A stretch of 24,000 nt of DNA from Thermosynechococcus sp. WC_1 (GCA_020058975.1 JAGVDA010000013.1:1-24000); one strand, 5' to 3'; shown: positions 14,733 through 22,247, counted from the first letter of the stretch. Notes: generated by a model not told the origin, from the letters alone. Made by a program: numbers and translations.

Positions 14733-14815
14733 AGGATCTTCCCCCAACGAACACCGTAGGCAGCGGCGATCGAAATAGAGATCGCAAACCCAAAAGCCAA
14801 CGAAAAATTAAGCAT
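14726..14815 (-). CDS. possible 29-aa hydrophobic micro-protein (MLNFSLAFGFAISISIAAAYGVRWGKILC)
   Basis: Hand translated. The ATG lies inside the stop region of the 106-aa ORF (TATGCTTAA). Confidence 0.25.
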   Translation of the reverse strand: MLNFSLAFGFAISISIAAAYGVRWGKILC

Positions 14816-15128
14816 AAGTAAGCTCCCTTTCTTCTAGCTCTTGCCAAGCCTTTTGGAGTTTAGGCAAGAACTGATATGTATTTTGGCGAAGCATCAGCTT
14901 GCACCGAGCTTCAGCGGCTTTTTGTAGGCTAGGGAACGTATTGTCACGCCCCCCCGCAAAGTAGCCCCAAGAGGTTGGAGTGATTTGATCTACTTGGCCC
15001 ATTTCCACTCCTAGGAAAAAGACCTGATAAAGCTTTCCTGAGTTTGGTCGGAACGTAACAGTACTAGGCCCTATCAACTTTGCTAATTCGACCTTCGTTG
15101 GAGGTCTCGCTGAAGGGTCGGCAGGCAT
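14808..15128 (-). CDS. hypothetical protein (106 aa)
   Basis: Track ORF. 1-nt overlap with the upstream ORF. Confidence 0.5.
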   Translation of the reverse strand: MPADPSARPPTKVELAKLIGPSTVTFRPNSGKLYQVFFLGVEMGQVDQITPTSWGYFAGGRDNTFPSLQKAAEARCKLMLRQNTYQFLPKLQKAWQELEERELTYA

Positions 15129-15514
15129 TACCGGAACCCCTCAAAACGATCGGCCAAAGCTAGCCATTTTGTTGAGATCGCCCAGCGGACGTATGCGATC
15201 GCAGCCTGCTCTTTGGTGGCATATAATCCGTCATCTTGAGGGAGGCGCGATCGCCATCCCCAATTGCCATCAATTTTTCGGATTTCTCCGACGGCCACTT
15301 TTTTGCCGTTTTTCGTAAGAAAAACGTCTTGGGTCGTCACATTCTGTTCTTCTATGAGGACAGTCTCGTCCCCTACGCAATCCAGTAGCAAGGACTGAAA
15401 AGGCCCTAACCTAGGAATCCTTGAGTTAGCCTTTTGGAAATCAGGCTTTTCCAAAGATGAGTATTTATAACTCAGCTCTGATGTTTTTTGGGGTATAGTT
15501 GCGGAAAACAACAT
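15128..15514 (-). CDS. hypothetical protein (128 aa)
   Basis: Track ORF. First gene after the Ner-like regulator. Confidence 0.5.
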   Translation of the reverse strand: MLFSATIPQKTSELSYKYSSLEKPDFQKANSRIPRLGPFQSLLLDCVGDETVLIEEQNVTTQDVFLTKNGKKVAVGEIRKIDGNWGWRSRLPQDDGLYATKEQAAIAYVRWAISTKWLALADRFEGFR

Positions 15515-15643
15515 ATTGCTGTATACCTACAAAGGTGAACATTTGAGAAATGGTTGCAACAAGAGCAATCATCTTGGGGGAATTTCCATAGCAAAGCTGG
15601 CCTTAAGAAAGACTTGTTATGCTATAGAAGGTGGGGGAATTGT

Positions 15644-15853
15644 TTAGGCCGCTACAGAATCAAGCCTAGGTAATGGCTCACCGTAAAGATCCATATACGT
15701 TTGGGCAACAGTATCAACGATCCTTTGTGAATTTTCTTGCTCTTTAAGAGCCTGAGTGACGGCACTCTGAGTTACCTGAAGGCTTCGAGACAAGGAAGCA
15801 AGGCTCGTCCCCTTTTTTCGCAAATTACACTTAATGACTTCAATGTCGTACAT
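15644..15853 (-). CDS. Ner/Nlp-like HTH regulator (69 aa)
   Basis: IKCNLRKKGTSLASLSRSLQVTQSAVTQALKE resembles the Mu Ner / Nlp family HTH. Divergent from an XRE-type gene. Confidence 0.65.
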   Translation of the reverse strand: MYDIEVIKCNLRKKGTSLASLSRSLQVTQSAVTQALKEQENSQRIVDTVAQTYMDLYGEPLPRLDSVAA

Positions 15854-15865
15854 CTGTTAACCTGA

Positions 15866-15919
15866 GCCTTAAACTATTTAGGCTAAATCAAATCTAATCC
15901 ATTTTTCGTAGACTGTCAA
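15866..15919 (-). promoter_or_regulatory. candidate promoter (TTGACA-17-TAGATT, minus strand) with an imperfect 18-bp inverted repeat just downstream
   Basis: -35 at 15914-15919 and -10 at 15891-15896 (17-nt spacer counted). Inverted repeat GCCTTAAAC/TATTTAGGC at 15866-15883. Confidence 0.45.
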
Positions 15920-15940
15920 CACTTTTGGGAATAAAGTTTT

Positions 15941-16381
15941 ATGAACCCCGCGATCGCCATAGCAACTAAAGGTTTGCCTACGGATTGTCCCTGGTTACCC
16001 CCGTACCCTCAGATTGGTGCTCGCTTTCGCAGCGCACAAGGAGATCGGCCAGACTTGAAGATGGCTAAGATAATCGGAGTATCGCCGACTACGATTTCTC
16101 GTGTCTGTAAGGGAGAGCAAGGGATTAATGATGCAATGCTTGGCTATTACTGCGCGGTTGAAGGCCACGACGCCCACGGGCTTCTTTTTGGGCATGGCTT
16201 TGAACAACCTCCTGAGACACTTGCAACCTTGCTTCCTAAATTACTGGATCTTCCAACGTCGGACAGGCTGGCCGTGCTGGCGGCTGTTGCAAACAGCGTT
16301 CAAGGTGGATGCCCGTGTACTGATTCTCCAACTCCGTCTTCAGTCTCTCAACAATCCTATTCAGCTCCTGACAATAACTAG
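15941..16381 (+). CDS. XRE-type HTH protein (146 aa), repressor candidate
   Basis: MAKIIGVSPTTISRVCKGEQGIN HTH. Divergent from the Ner-like gene. Its 3' third overlaps a minus-strand ORF in antisense. Confidence 0.6.
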   Translation: MNPAIAIATKGLPTDCPWLPPYPQIGARFRSAQGDRPDLKMAKIIGVSPTTISRVCKGEQGINDAMLGYYCAVEGHDAHGLLFGHGFEQPPETLATLLPKLLDLPTSDRLAVLAAVANSVQGGCPCTDSPTPSSVSQQSYSAPDNN

Positions 16382-16436
16382 ATTCGGCGTATTCAGTAAG
16401 TTCGCTAAGAATCTTGTCTAAAACAGAGTTGGTCAC
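16236..16436 (-). CDS. possible 66-aa helical protein, antisense to the 3' end of 15941..16381
   Basis: GTG start with GAGGGA 5 nt upstream. Plausible helical sequence. Conflicts with the plus-strand ORF. Confidence 0.3.
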   Translation of the reverse strand: MTNSVLDKILSELTEYAESSYCQELNRIVERLKTELENQYTGIHLERCLQQPPARPACPTLEDPVI

Positions 16437-16534
16437 TGAGTTCCCTCACTTATGTCGAAATTGTGGCGATCGCCGCTATTTTTGATTATCAGCATTTTCG
16501 GACAAAAAAATACAGGTTATCAAAACCTTAATAA

Positions 16535-16594
16535 TTCCCAGATCTGGGAACACCCTTCGTATCTGTTGACACGGGGGGTTTTTGTTGCTAGCAT
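16535..16594 (+). promoter_or_regulatory. perfect 16-bp palindrome TTCCCAGATCTGGGAA (16535-16550) abutting a near-consensus promoter TTGACA-17-TAGCAT (16566-16594)
   Basis: Read directly; spacer counted as 17 nt. Lies upstream of the XRE-dnaN operon. Confidence 0.5.
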
Positions 16595-16625
16595 TGAGCT
16601 TGAATTGAATATTCACCACAAATAG

Positions 16626-16934
16626 ATGGAAACAATAGGGGGAATCTTTCTCCGAGTACGGGCTGAACATGGGCTCAGTCAAAAAGTGATCGCTGCTGAA
16701 CTAGGGATATCTGTTTCCTACGTCTCCCATTTGGAAAGTGGAAAATTTTTGTCAATTAGCGATGAATTGCTCCAAAAATTTTCAGCAAGGTTTGGGCTCC
16801 ACTCAGATGAGCTGAACTTTGCTTGCGATCGTATGCCTCAGTGGATGTGGGATGCGATTATGTCAGATCCTAGGTTATTTCGAGATTTGTGCAGGATGGA
16901 TAGGAAAAAGTTGGAGGCATTTTTGGCAACGTGA
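16626..16934 (+). CDS. XRE-family HTH transcriptional regulator (102 aa)
   Basis: LRVRAEHGLSQKVIAAELGISVSYVSHLESGK is a canonical HTH_3 pattern. Confidence 0.8.
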   Translation: METIGGIFLRVRAEHGLSQKVIAAELGISVSYVSHLESGKFLSISDELLQKFSARFGLHSDELNFACDRMPQWMWDAIMSDPRLFRDLCRMDRKKLEAFLAT

Positions 16935-18061
16935 AATTTACTACTACCCAATCTGCCCTAGCGGCAAAGCTCACACAACTTTTTAAACTGGTCCCAAGCA
17001 ACCCCAGTCACCCAGTCTTAGGCAATATACTCCTCGTGGCCGAAGACGATCGCATCTCCCTATCCGCGTTCGATCTTTCTATTGGCATCCAAACGTGGAT
17101 AGAAGCAACCGTAACAGAGCCTGGAGCCATCACAATTCCAGCAAGGCTCTTAACAGAGATCGTGTCACGCTTGCCCAATCAAGACGTGACCATAGAAAAC
17201 GATGGGCTTGCTATTGAGCTAACCTGCGGAACGGGTAAGTATAAGATGCAAGGGCATCCAGCCCTTGCATTCCCAGCGCTACCAACACTAGAAGATCTTG
17301 AAGGAATTGAGGTTGAGTGCGATCGCCTCCAACATGCCATCCAGCAAACATTGTTTGCGGCGTCTACGGACGAGAGTAAACAAATTCTCACCGGAGCGCA
17401 AATTCTTTTTAGTCCAGATGGCCTGCGGTTGAATGCTACGGATGGGCACAGACTTGTAGTCTATAAAGAGGCGCTTGCCATTGATACGGAGCCATTCTCG
17501 GTCGTCATCCCAGCTAGAGCCTTGCGGGAGTTGTTGAAGGTTCTATCAAAAGGGAGTGCGGTTTTGGTTAAGTGCGATCGGGCTGGCAGTAACCAGATCT
17601 CTTTTGAGGTCGCCGGAGAGAATGGGGCGGAGTGCCTAACCTGTCGAGTTTTGGATGGAACGTACCCCGCAGTAGATCAACTGCTGCCAAAAGCATTTAC
17701 CCGCCAGTTGACAGTCTCAAGGGCTGAACTGTTGTTAGCCATTGACCGAATTTCAGTGTTGGCTGCGCGGAAGAATAATCTTGTCAAGATGGAGATTGGA
17801 AAGGAAAATCTTTTGGGGCGATCGTTGTTTCTCTCGGCAGATGTTGATGAAGGTAGCGGCTCTGAAGAACTGACCTGTCAGTTTACGGGGGAAGAGACTG
17901 CGATCGCATTTAACGGTAAGTATTTGGCCGATGGGCTGAAGAGTCTTGGCTGTGGTGAGGTTATTATTTCTATGAATGAGCCTGCGCAGCCCGTTGTGAT
18001 TGCCCCTGTAAGTGGAGATGATTGGCAGTATTTGGTCATGCCGATTCAGGTGCGATCGTGA
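16931..18061 (+). CDS. dnaN: DNA polymerase III beta subunit (sliding clamp) homolog, element-encoded
   Basis: 376 aa. MKFTTTQSALAAKLTQLFKLVPSNPSHPVLGNILLVAEDDRISLSAFDLSIGIQ...ITIPARLLTEIVSRLP is the typical DnaN N-terminus. Length is correct. GTGA overlap with the XRE gene. Confidence 0.9.
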   Translation: MKFTTTQSALAAKLTQLFKLVPSNPSHPVLGNILLVAEDDRISLSAFDLSIGIQTWIEATVTEPGAITIPARLLTEIVSRLPNQDVTIENDGLAIELTCGTGKYKMQGHPALAFPALPTLEDLEGIEVECDRLQHAIQQTLFAASTDESKQILTGAQILFSPDGLRLNATDGHRLVVYKEALAIDTEPFSVVIPARALRELLKVLSKGSAVLVKCDRAGSNQISFEVAGENGAECLTCRVLDGTYPAVDQLLPKAFTRQLTVSRAELLLAIDRISVLAARKNNLVKMEIGKENLLGRSLFLSADVDEGSGSEELTCQFTGEETAIAFNGKYLADGLKSLGCGEVIISMNEPAQPVVIAPVSGDDWQYLVMPIQVRS

Positions 18062-18534
18062 TGAGGTACATACAACCCATAAAACAAGATCTTTTTTGGG
18101 CGGAATGCGATTTGATTGTCATTCCCACAAACAGCACCTTAGACAAACACGATCATCTTGTGATGGGTGCGGGAGTTGCATTACAGGCAAAAAAGCGATA
18201 TCCAGATCTGCCCAAAAAGGCAGGTGAAATGATACTGCCACTTTGCAAAACAATGAAGCACCCTGAGTATTTGCTAATACGGATTAGAGTTAGTCATCAC
18301 GCCGAAATTGCACTTTTGCAAACCAAAACAGATTGGCGACTCCCATCTCCACCGGAGCTAGTCCGAAAATCCTTAAAGGCGCTGAATCATTCAGTAAAGA
18401 CAACCGATACCAAGTCAATAGCAATGCCGTTGCCTGGTGCTGGGCGTGGAGGGCTGAGCAGGGAAGTTTCTCTAATGCTTGTTAATGAAGAGCTTGGGGA
18501 TTTGGCAGATAAAATAGTTTTGTGCGGGGTCTAG
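18061..18534 (+). CDS. macro-domain (ADP-ribose binding/processing) protein (157 aa)
   Basis: Start at the ATG sharing its A with the dnaN stop (TGATG). CDLIVIPTNSTL...LVMGAGVALQAKKRYP and SIAMPLPGAGRGGL resemble macro-domain signature regions. Confidence 0.55.
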   Translation: MRYIQPIKQDLFWAECDLIVIPTNSTLDKHDHLVMGAGVALQAKKRYPDLPKKAGEMILPLCKTMKHPEYLLIRIRVSHHAEIALLQTKTDWRLPSPPELVRKSLKALNHSVKTTDTKSIAMPLPGAGRGGLSREVSLMLVNEELGDLADKIVLCGV

Positions 18535-18539
18535 AAAAA

Positions 18540-18950
18540 ATGGCAAACACACGATCGCTCTTAGAATTAATTGACGAATTTAGCTCAGCTTTTGCAGACC
18601 CAGACTTCCCCGTGGAGGAACCTGTGAAGGCGATCACGGAAGAAACTTCCACCACTGAGTCGGAAGGCATCCTTGAAACCCCTGAAGAGGAAAGTGAATT
18701 GGATATTTGTCACTACTATCTGTCGCGGCTTGAGCACGAGCCTAGGCTTATAGCGATCGCTTCCCGTTTCCTCTCCGAGCTTGCTGATGTTGCGGCACTC
18801 AGGCAAATGCCCTACCTCATGGATCCACAAGGAACAACGCCCGTAACCATTTCCAAAGGCTCAATAGTCAAAACACTAGACCTTCCCGAAACCTACGCTC
18901 GTCAAGGCTCAAGCGATTGCCCTAGTGGCGCGTGTCCAATCGATCATTGA
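18540..18950 (+). CDS. acidic hypothetical protein (136 aa)
   Basis: Track ORF trimmed to ATG 18540 (MANTRS), 5 nt after the macro-domain stop. Confidence 0.5.
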   Translation: MANTRSLLELIDEFSSAFADPDFPVEEPVKAITEETSTTESEGILETPEEESELDICHYYLSRLEHEPRLIAIASRFLSELADVAALRQMPYLMDPQGTTPVTISKGSIVKTLDLPETYARQGSSDCPSGACPIDH

Positions 18951-18970
18951 GAGCGATTTTACGGTTAATA

Positions 18971-18999
18971 TTGACAGTAAAATCTTGTTTTGCTAAGCT
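18971..18999 (+). promoter_or_regulatory. candidate promoter TTGACA-17-TAAGCT
   Basis: -35 at 18971-18976 and -10 at 18994-18999; spacer counted as 17 nt. Confidence 0.4.
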
Positions 19000-19069
19000 G
19001 AAGGAGTGGTTCAACAAAAAAGATTTCCTGTGAAAGACGTTAAAATCATTGATTTTTCAAAGAAATTCT

Positions 19070-19300
19070 ATGAAAAGCAAAAAAATTGTTTTAAGGTTTT
19101 GTGCGACCGCGCTTCTGTTCGGGGGAGTTTTGGCGGGGTGTAGCGCTGATTACACGCCAGCCGAAGTGTCAAATCCCCCACCAATCCAATATAGAAAAGA
19201 GCAAAATGGGCTTTGTTTTGCCTATGTAAACTCTAGAGTTGCCTATCGGTATGTAGTGGTTTCTATTTCTAAGGTTTCCTGCAAAGAGGTAGGGTTATGA
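19070..19300 (+). CDS. small lipoprotein (76 aa)
   Basis: MKSKKIVLRFCATALLFGGVLAGC has the lipobox LAGC. ATG 19070 chosen over the track's upstream TTG. Confidence 0.6.
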   Translation: MKSKKIVLRFCATALLFGGVLAGCSADYTPAEVSNPPPIQYRKEQNGLCFAYVNSRVAYRYVVVSISKVSCKEVGL

Positions 19301-20031
19301 CCGAAAAAGAAATCTGCAACCTCTACGAATCTGGCCTGTCCCTTGCCGCCACAGCAAAGCGCTCTGGGGCATCACTGCATCGTGTGCGGCGAATCCTTGA
19401 CCAAAACAACACCCAGATTCGCTCTGCTGGCAAACAGAAAATTCCGGCGGAAGATCCTCGCGGAATGGTGCATTTAGGTGTCAAAATCACAAAGGCTCAA
19501 CGCGATGCTCTTGCGGCTTGTCCTGGTGGAAAGTCGGTTGCGGTTAGGGAGGCGATCGGCAATCACTTAAACAAAGCCCTGCTAGTTCCAGGAGTTGACT
19601 ATCCAGGCTTCTCAGTTGCGTTCTTAATCGTCCACCCAAAAGACGAGCCAAAATGGAACGAGATGACCGCACTAGATCAACGATTTCTCTTTAGCCAGCG
19701 TGGACCAGGATGCCGTAATGAAGCTGGTAAGTGGGAGTTTGGTGGCGGTGAATTGCATCTAGGGGAAACTATCTATGAAGCGGTAGTTCGGGAAGTGAAG
19801 GAAGAATACGGGCTAGAGGTCACTTCAATTTCTGAATCGACCCTTGTTGAACAATTTATAGAAGGCCAGCATTGGTTATGCTCTTGCGTCTTTGCATTTG
19901 TCAAAAACGCTGAGATAAAAATCAGTGAACCGGATAAAGTTTTAAATCCAACTTGGGCCAGTGGGCATGAGGCTTTTGAAACGTGGGACATGAGCCAAGC
20001 CTCTATTAATGCATGGGAGGCGATGCAGTAA
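19297..20031 (+). CDS. HTH-Nudix fusion protein (244 aa)
   Basis: N-terminal HTH (LYESGLSLAATAKRSGASLHRVRRIL). Exact Nudix box GELHLGETIYEAVVREVKEEYGL (Gx5Ex7REUxEExGU). Confidence 0.8.
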   Translation: MTEKEICNLYESGLSLAATAKRSGASLHRVRRILDQNNTQIRSAGKQKIPAEDPRGMVHLGVKITKAQRDALAACPGGKSVAVREAIGNHLNKALLVPGVDYPGFSVAFLIVHPKDEPKWNEMTALDQRFLFSQRGPGCRNEAGKWEFGGGELHLGETIYEAVVREVKEEYGLEVTSISESTLVEQFIEGQHWLCSCVFAFVKNAEIKISEPDKVLNPTWASGHEAFETWDMSQASINAWEAMQ

Positions 20032-21353
20032 TGCCCACAAGCCTCTCCCTCCAATGGCAAATCCTCAGGCCATCCCCCACAAGAAAAGGCGGCAATGCCT
20101 ACGTCTGGGCTCAGTGCCCGCTTTGCAAGGGTGAATTCGAGGTGCGGAAGAATCATATAAATTGTGGGCGATCGCGGATGTGCCGATCGTGTTCTCGAAA
20201 AGTTACGCCTAGCAATCAAACAGGACGGATACGACATCGAACATCGGAAATAGTTCGGTTATTTGAAGATGGGGGGCTAACGGCGGCGGAAATAGCAGAT
20301 AAAGTTAATTGTAGTCGGGAGCATGTTTATGCGGTGCAAAAAAAGCACTTAGGCAGGAATCTTAGAGAGTGGAAAAGAAAAGTTAGAGGTTCAAAAAAAG
20401 TGAGTCTACTAGAGTTGGAAGAAAAGGCAGAAGTGGATGTAGATGACCTAGAAATGAGCAATGAAACTCAACTAGTTACAAAAAAAGATCTATTTGCCAA
20501 GTTGAAGTGGGCTGAAATAGTCCCTGAGTGGGGTAGCCTTGATGAGTATCAAAAGAAACTAGCTGAGGATAGCATTTGGGCTAAGCTAAACCCAGCTCAA
20601 AAAAAGCTGGCTATTTCTGCTCTTGTTAACTGGAAGGCTACTGAGAAGGCTACCTGGAACGCTGCTGCTGCTCAGAATTACATAAATTACTGTCTTGACC
20701 CATCGTCGCTCTCTTTGGAAACGGAAAAGGCTAAGGTTATGAAATTGATGAAAAGTGGAGAACCATTTTTCGCAAATGAAGTTTCGATCAACTTAAGTAT
20801 AAGCCTCCGCAGGGCTCAACTGATTCTCCATAATTTTTACAAAAAGGGAGCCTTAGTTCGCCATCCTACTGGGGATAAAGGAGCTTTTTGCTACAGGATA
20901 GGAGGGGAGGAAGCAAGGGACCAATCTTGCGACTTTGAGAAAATTAAAGCCTACATTGAAAATGTAAGCCCTTATAGAAGGGATATTCTTAGTCACTTTA
21001 ATGAAATCCCCCAAAACGTGATTGATCGCGCCATTAAATGGATGAGAAAAACCCACGCTCTAGGCTCTCTTTGGTGCTTAGAGCGGAAGCAAACTTATTA
21101 CAAGATAGGCTGTGAAACACTGACGGTAAGGGAACTACACAAAGAGCTTTTATTGCAACAGTTTGCGGAACATGGCCCTTCGACAATTTTTGCTGTACAC
21201 AAGAGAGTTGAGCAGAGAGAAGCTACTCTCAGGAAAGCAGCGCATGAGCTACTTGAGGAAGGGAAGATTGTTGTAATGCAATCGTCTTCCAGAACGACGG
21301 TGTATGGATTAGCGGAGGGGATGGAAAAGTGCGTCGAACAAATGGCCAACTGA
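20031..21353 (+). CDS. zinc-ribbon plus multi-(w)HTH protein (440 aa), function unknown
   Basis: Start at the TAATG junction (MPTSLSLQ). CPLCKG...CRSCSRK. HTH LTAAEIADKVNCSREHVYAVQKK. Several wHTH-like segments in the C-terminal half. Confidence 0.6.
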   Translation: MPTSLSLQWQILRPSPTRKGGNAYVWAQCPLCKGEFEVRKNHINCGRSRMCRSCSRKVTPSNQTGRIRHRTSEIVRLFEDGGLTAAEIADKVNCSREHVYAVQKKHLGRNLREWKRKVRGSKKVSLLELEEKAEVDVDDLEMSNETQLVTKKDLFAKLKWAEIVPEWGSLDEYQKKLAEDSIWAKLNPAQKKLAISALVNWKATEKATWNAAAAQNYINYCLDPSSLSLETEKAKVMKLMKSGEPFFANEVSINLSISLRRAQLILHNFYKKGALVRHPTGDKGAFCYRIGGEEARDQSCDFEKIKAYIENVSPYRRDILSHFNEIPQNVIDRAIKWMRKTHALGSLWCLERKQTYYKIGCETLTVRELHKELLLQQFAEHGPSTIFAVHKRVEQREATLRKAAHELLEEGKIVVMQSSSRTTVYGLAEGMEKCVEQMAN

Positions 21354-21562
21354 TTGCGCGCTTTAACGCAATTTGCAAGGAAATCGGCGTTGACTCAAAG
21401 CTTCTGCTAGAGCGATTCCCAGCGCAAGTTCCGCGCCTTGTTAAGGAGTGGGCTTTTGGTAAGATAAACGATTTGCAACTAATGAGAGAAATTAATTCTC
21501 TTGCAAAATGTAACCCTGAAGTTTTAATTGATGGGGAGTTGGATGGCGATCGCAATGAATAA
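21329..21562 (+). CDS. hypothetical protein (77 aa)
   Basis: Track ORF with a GTG start and a 25-nt overlap with the upstream gene; the start is uncertain. Confidence 0.4.
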   Translation: MRRTNGQLIARFNAICKEIGVDSKLLLERFPAQVPRLVKEWAFGKINDLQLMREINSLAKCNPEVLIDGELDGDRNE

Positions 21563-21586
21563 AACAATACAAGGGGGAAATTTTTC

Positions 21587-21874
21587 ATGAACGGATTAGG
21601 ACCAATTAACTTTTTTGTTTTCCAATGGTTTTTTGTGCGGAGAGTTCGTGAGCGCATTCCACTCATCGAAAAATATAGTGAGTGCATAGATTCAGACTCA
21701 GCTTTGCATAGCGCGAATGAATATATGAGGCTCATTCAACAGGCAGACGATCGCCCTGCTCAAGTGAAGTATCCGCCAGACTTGTATGATCTGCTTAATG
21801 TTGGGTTTTATGAATATCGATGGGTCAAGGCGTGGCCTTTGACTGGGTGGATTGGACGAATTAGAACTTTTTAG
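21587..21874 (+). CDS. hypothetical protein (95 aa)
   Basis: Track ORF. AAGGGGGAAA upstream of the ATG. Confidence 0.5.
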   Translation: MNGLGPINFFVFQWFFVRRVRERIPLIEKYSECIDSDSALHSANEYMRLIQQADDRPAQVKYPPDLYDLLNVGFYEYRWVKAWPLTGWIGRIRTF

Positions 21875-21884
21875 AGGAATCAAA

Positions 21885-22244
21885 ATGTCAGTAAATTCAA
21901 TTAGTCTTGTTGGTCGAGTTGGTGGGGATGTAGAAATGCGCTATTTCGAGAGTGGTAGCTGTGTCGCCAACTGTACGATCGCGGTGGAAAGCGGACAGAA
22001 GAACCCCGATGGATCTAAGGGTGCGCCTTTTTGGTTCAACCTAGAAATGTGGGCAAAGACGGCTGAGATTGCAGCGCAGTATGTCAAAAAAGGTGGACTC
22101 ATTGGAGTAACAGGGGCACTGAAGTTTGATCATTGGACAGATAAGACAACGGGTGAAGCGCGAAGTAAGCCCGTTATCCGAGTAAATCAGCTTAATCTAT
22201 TGGGCAGTAAGAACGATAATCAGCAGCCACGGGAGGAATTTTGA
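21885..22244 (+). CDS. ssb: single-stranded DNA-binding protein paralog lacking the canonical acidic C-terminal tip (119 aa)
   Basis: MSVNSISLVGRVGGDVEMRYFESGSCVANCTIAV...FWFNLEMWAKTAEIAAQYVKKGGLIGVTGALKFDHW is an OB-fold SSB pattern. Ends ...QQPREEF. AGAGGAA SD. Confidence 0.8.
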   Translation: MSVNSISLVGRVGGDVEMRYFESGSCVANCTIAVESGQKNPDGSKGAPFWFNLEMWAKTAEIAAQYVKKGGLIGVTGALKFDHWTDKTTGEARSKPVIRVNQLNLLGSKNDNQQPREEF

Positions 22245-22247
22245 TCC

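Noticed and set aside
19773-21735. Long antisense ORFs 19773..20237(-, 154 aa) and 21229..21735(-, 168 aa)
   Set aside because: They are opposite to motif-supported or start-coupled plus-strand genes (Nudix box, TAATG junctions). They have no SD or coupling signals, and their products are Ser/Cys/Pro-rich shadow-like sequences.
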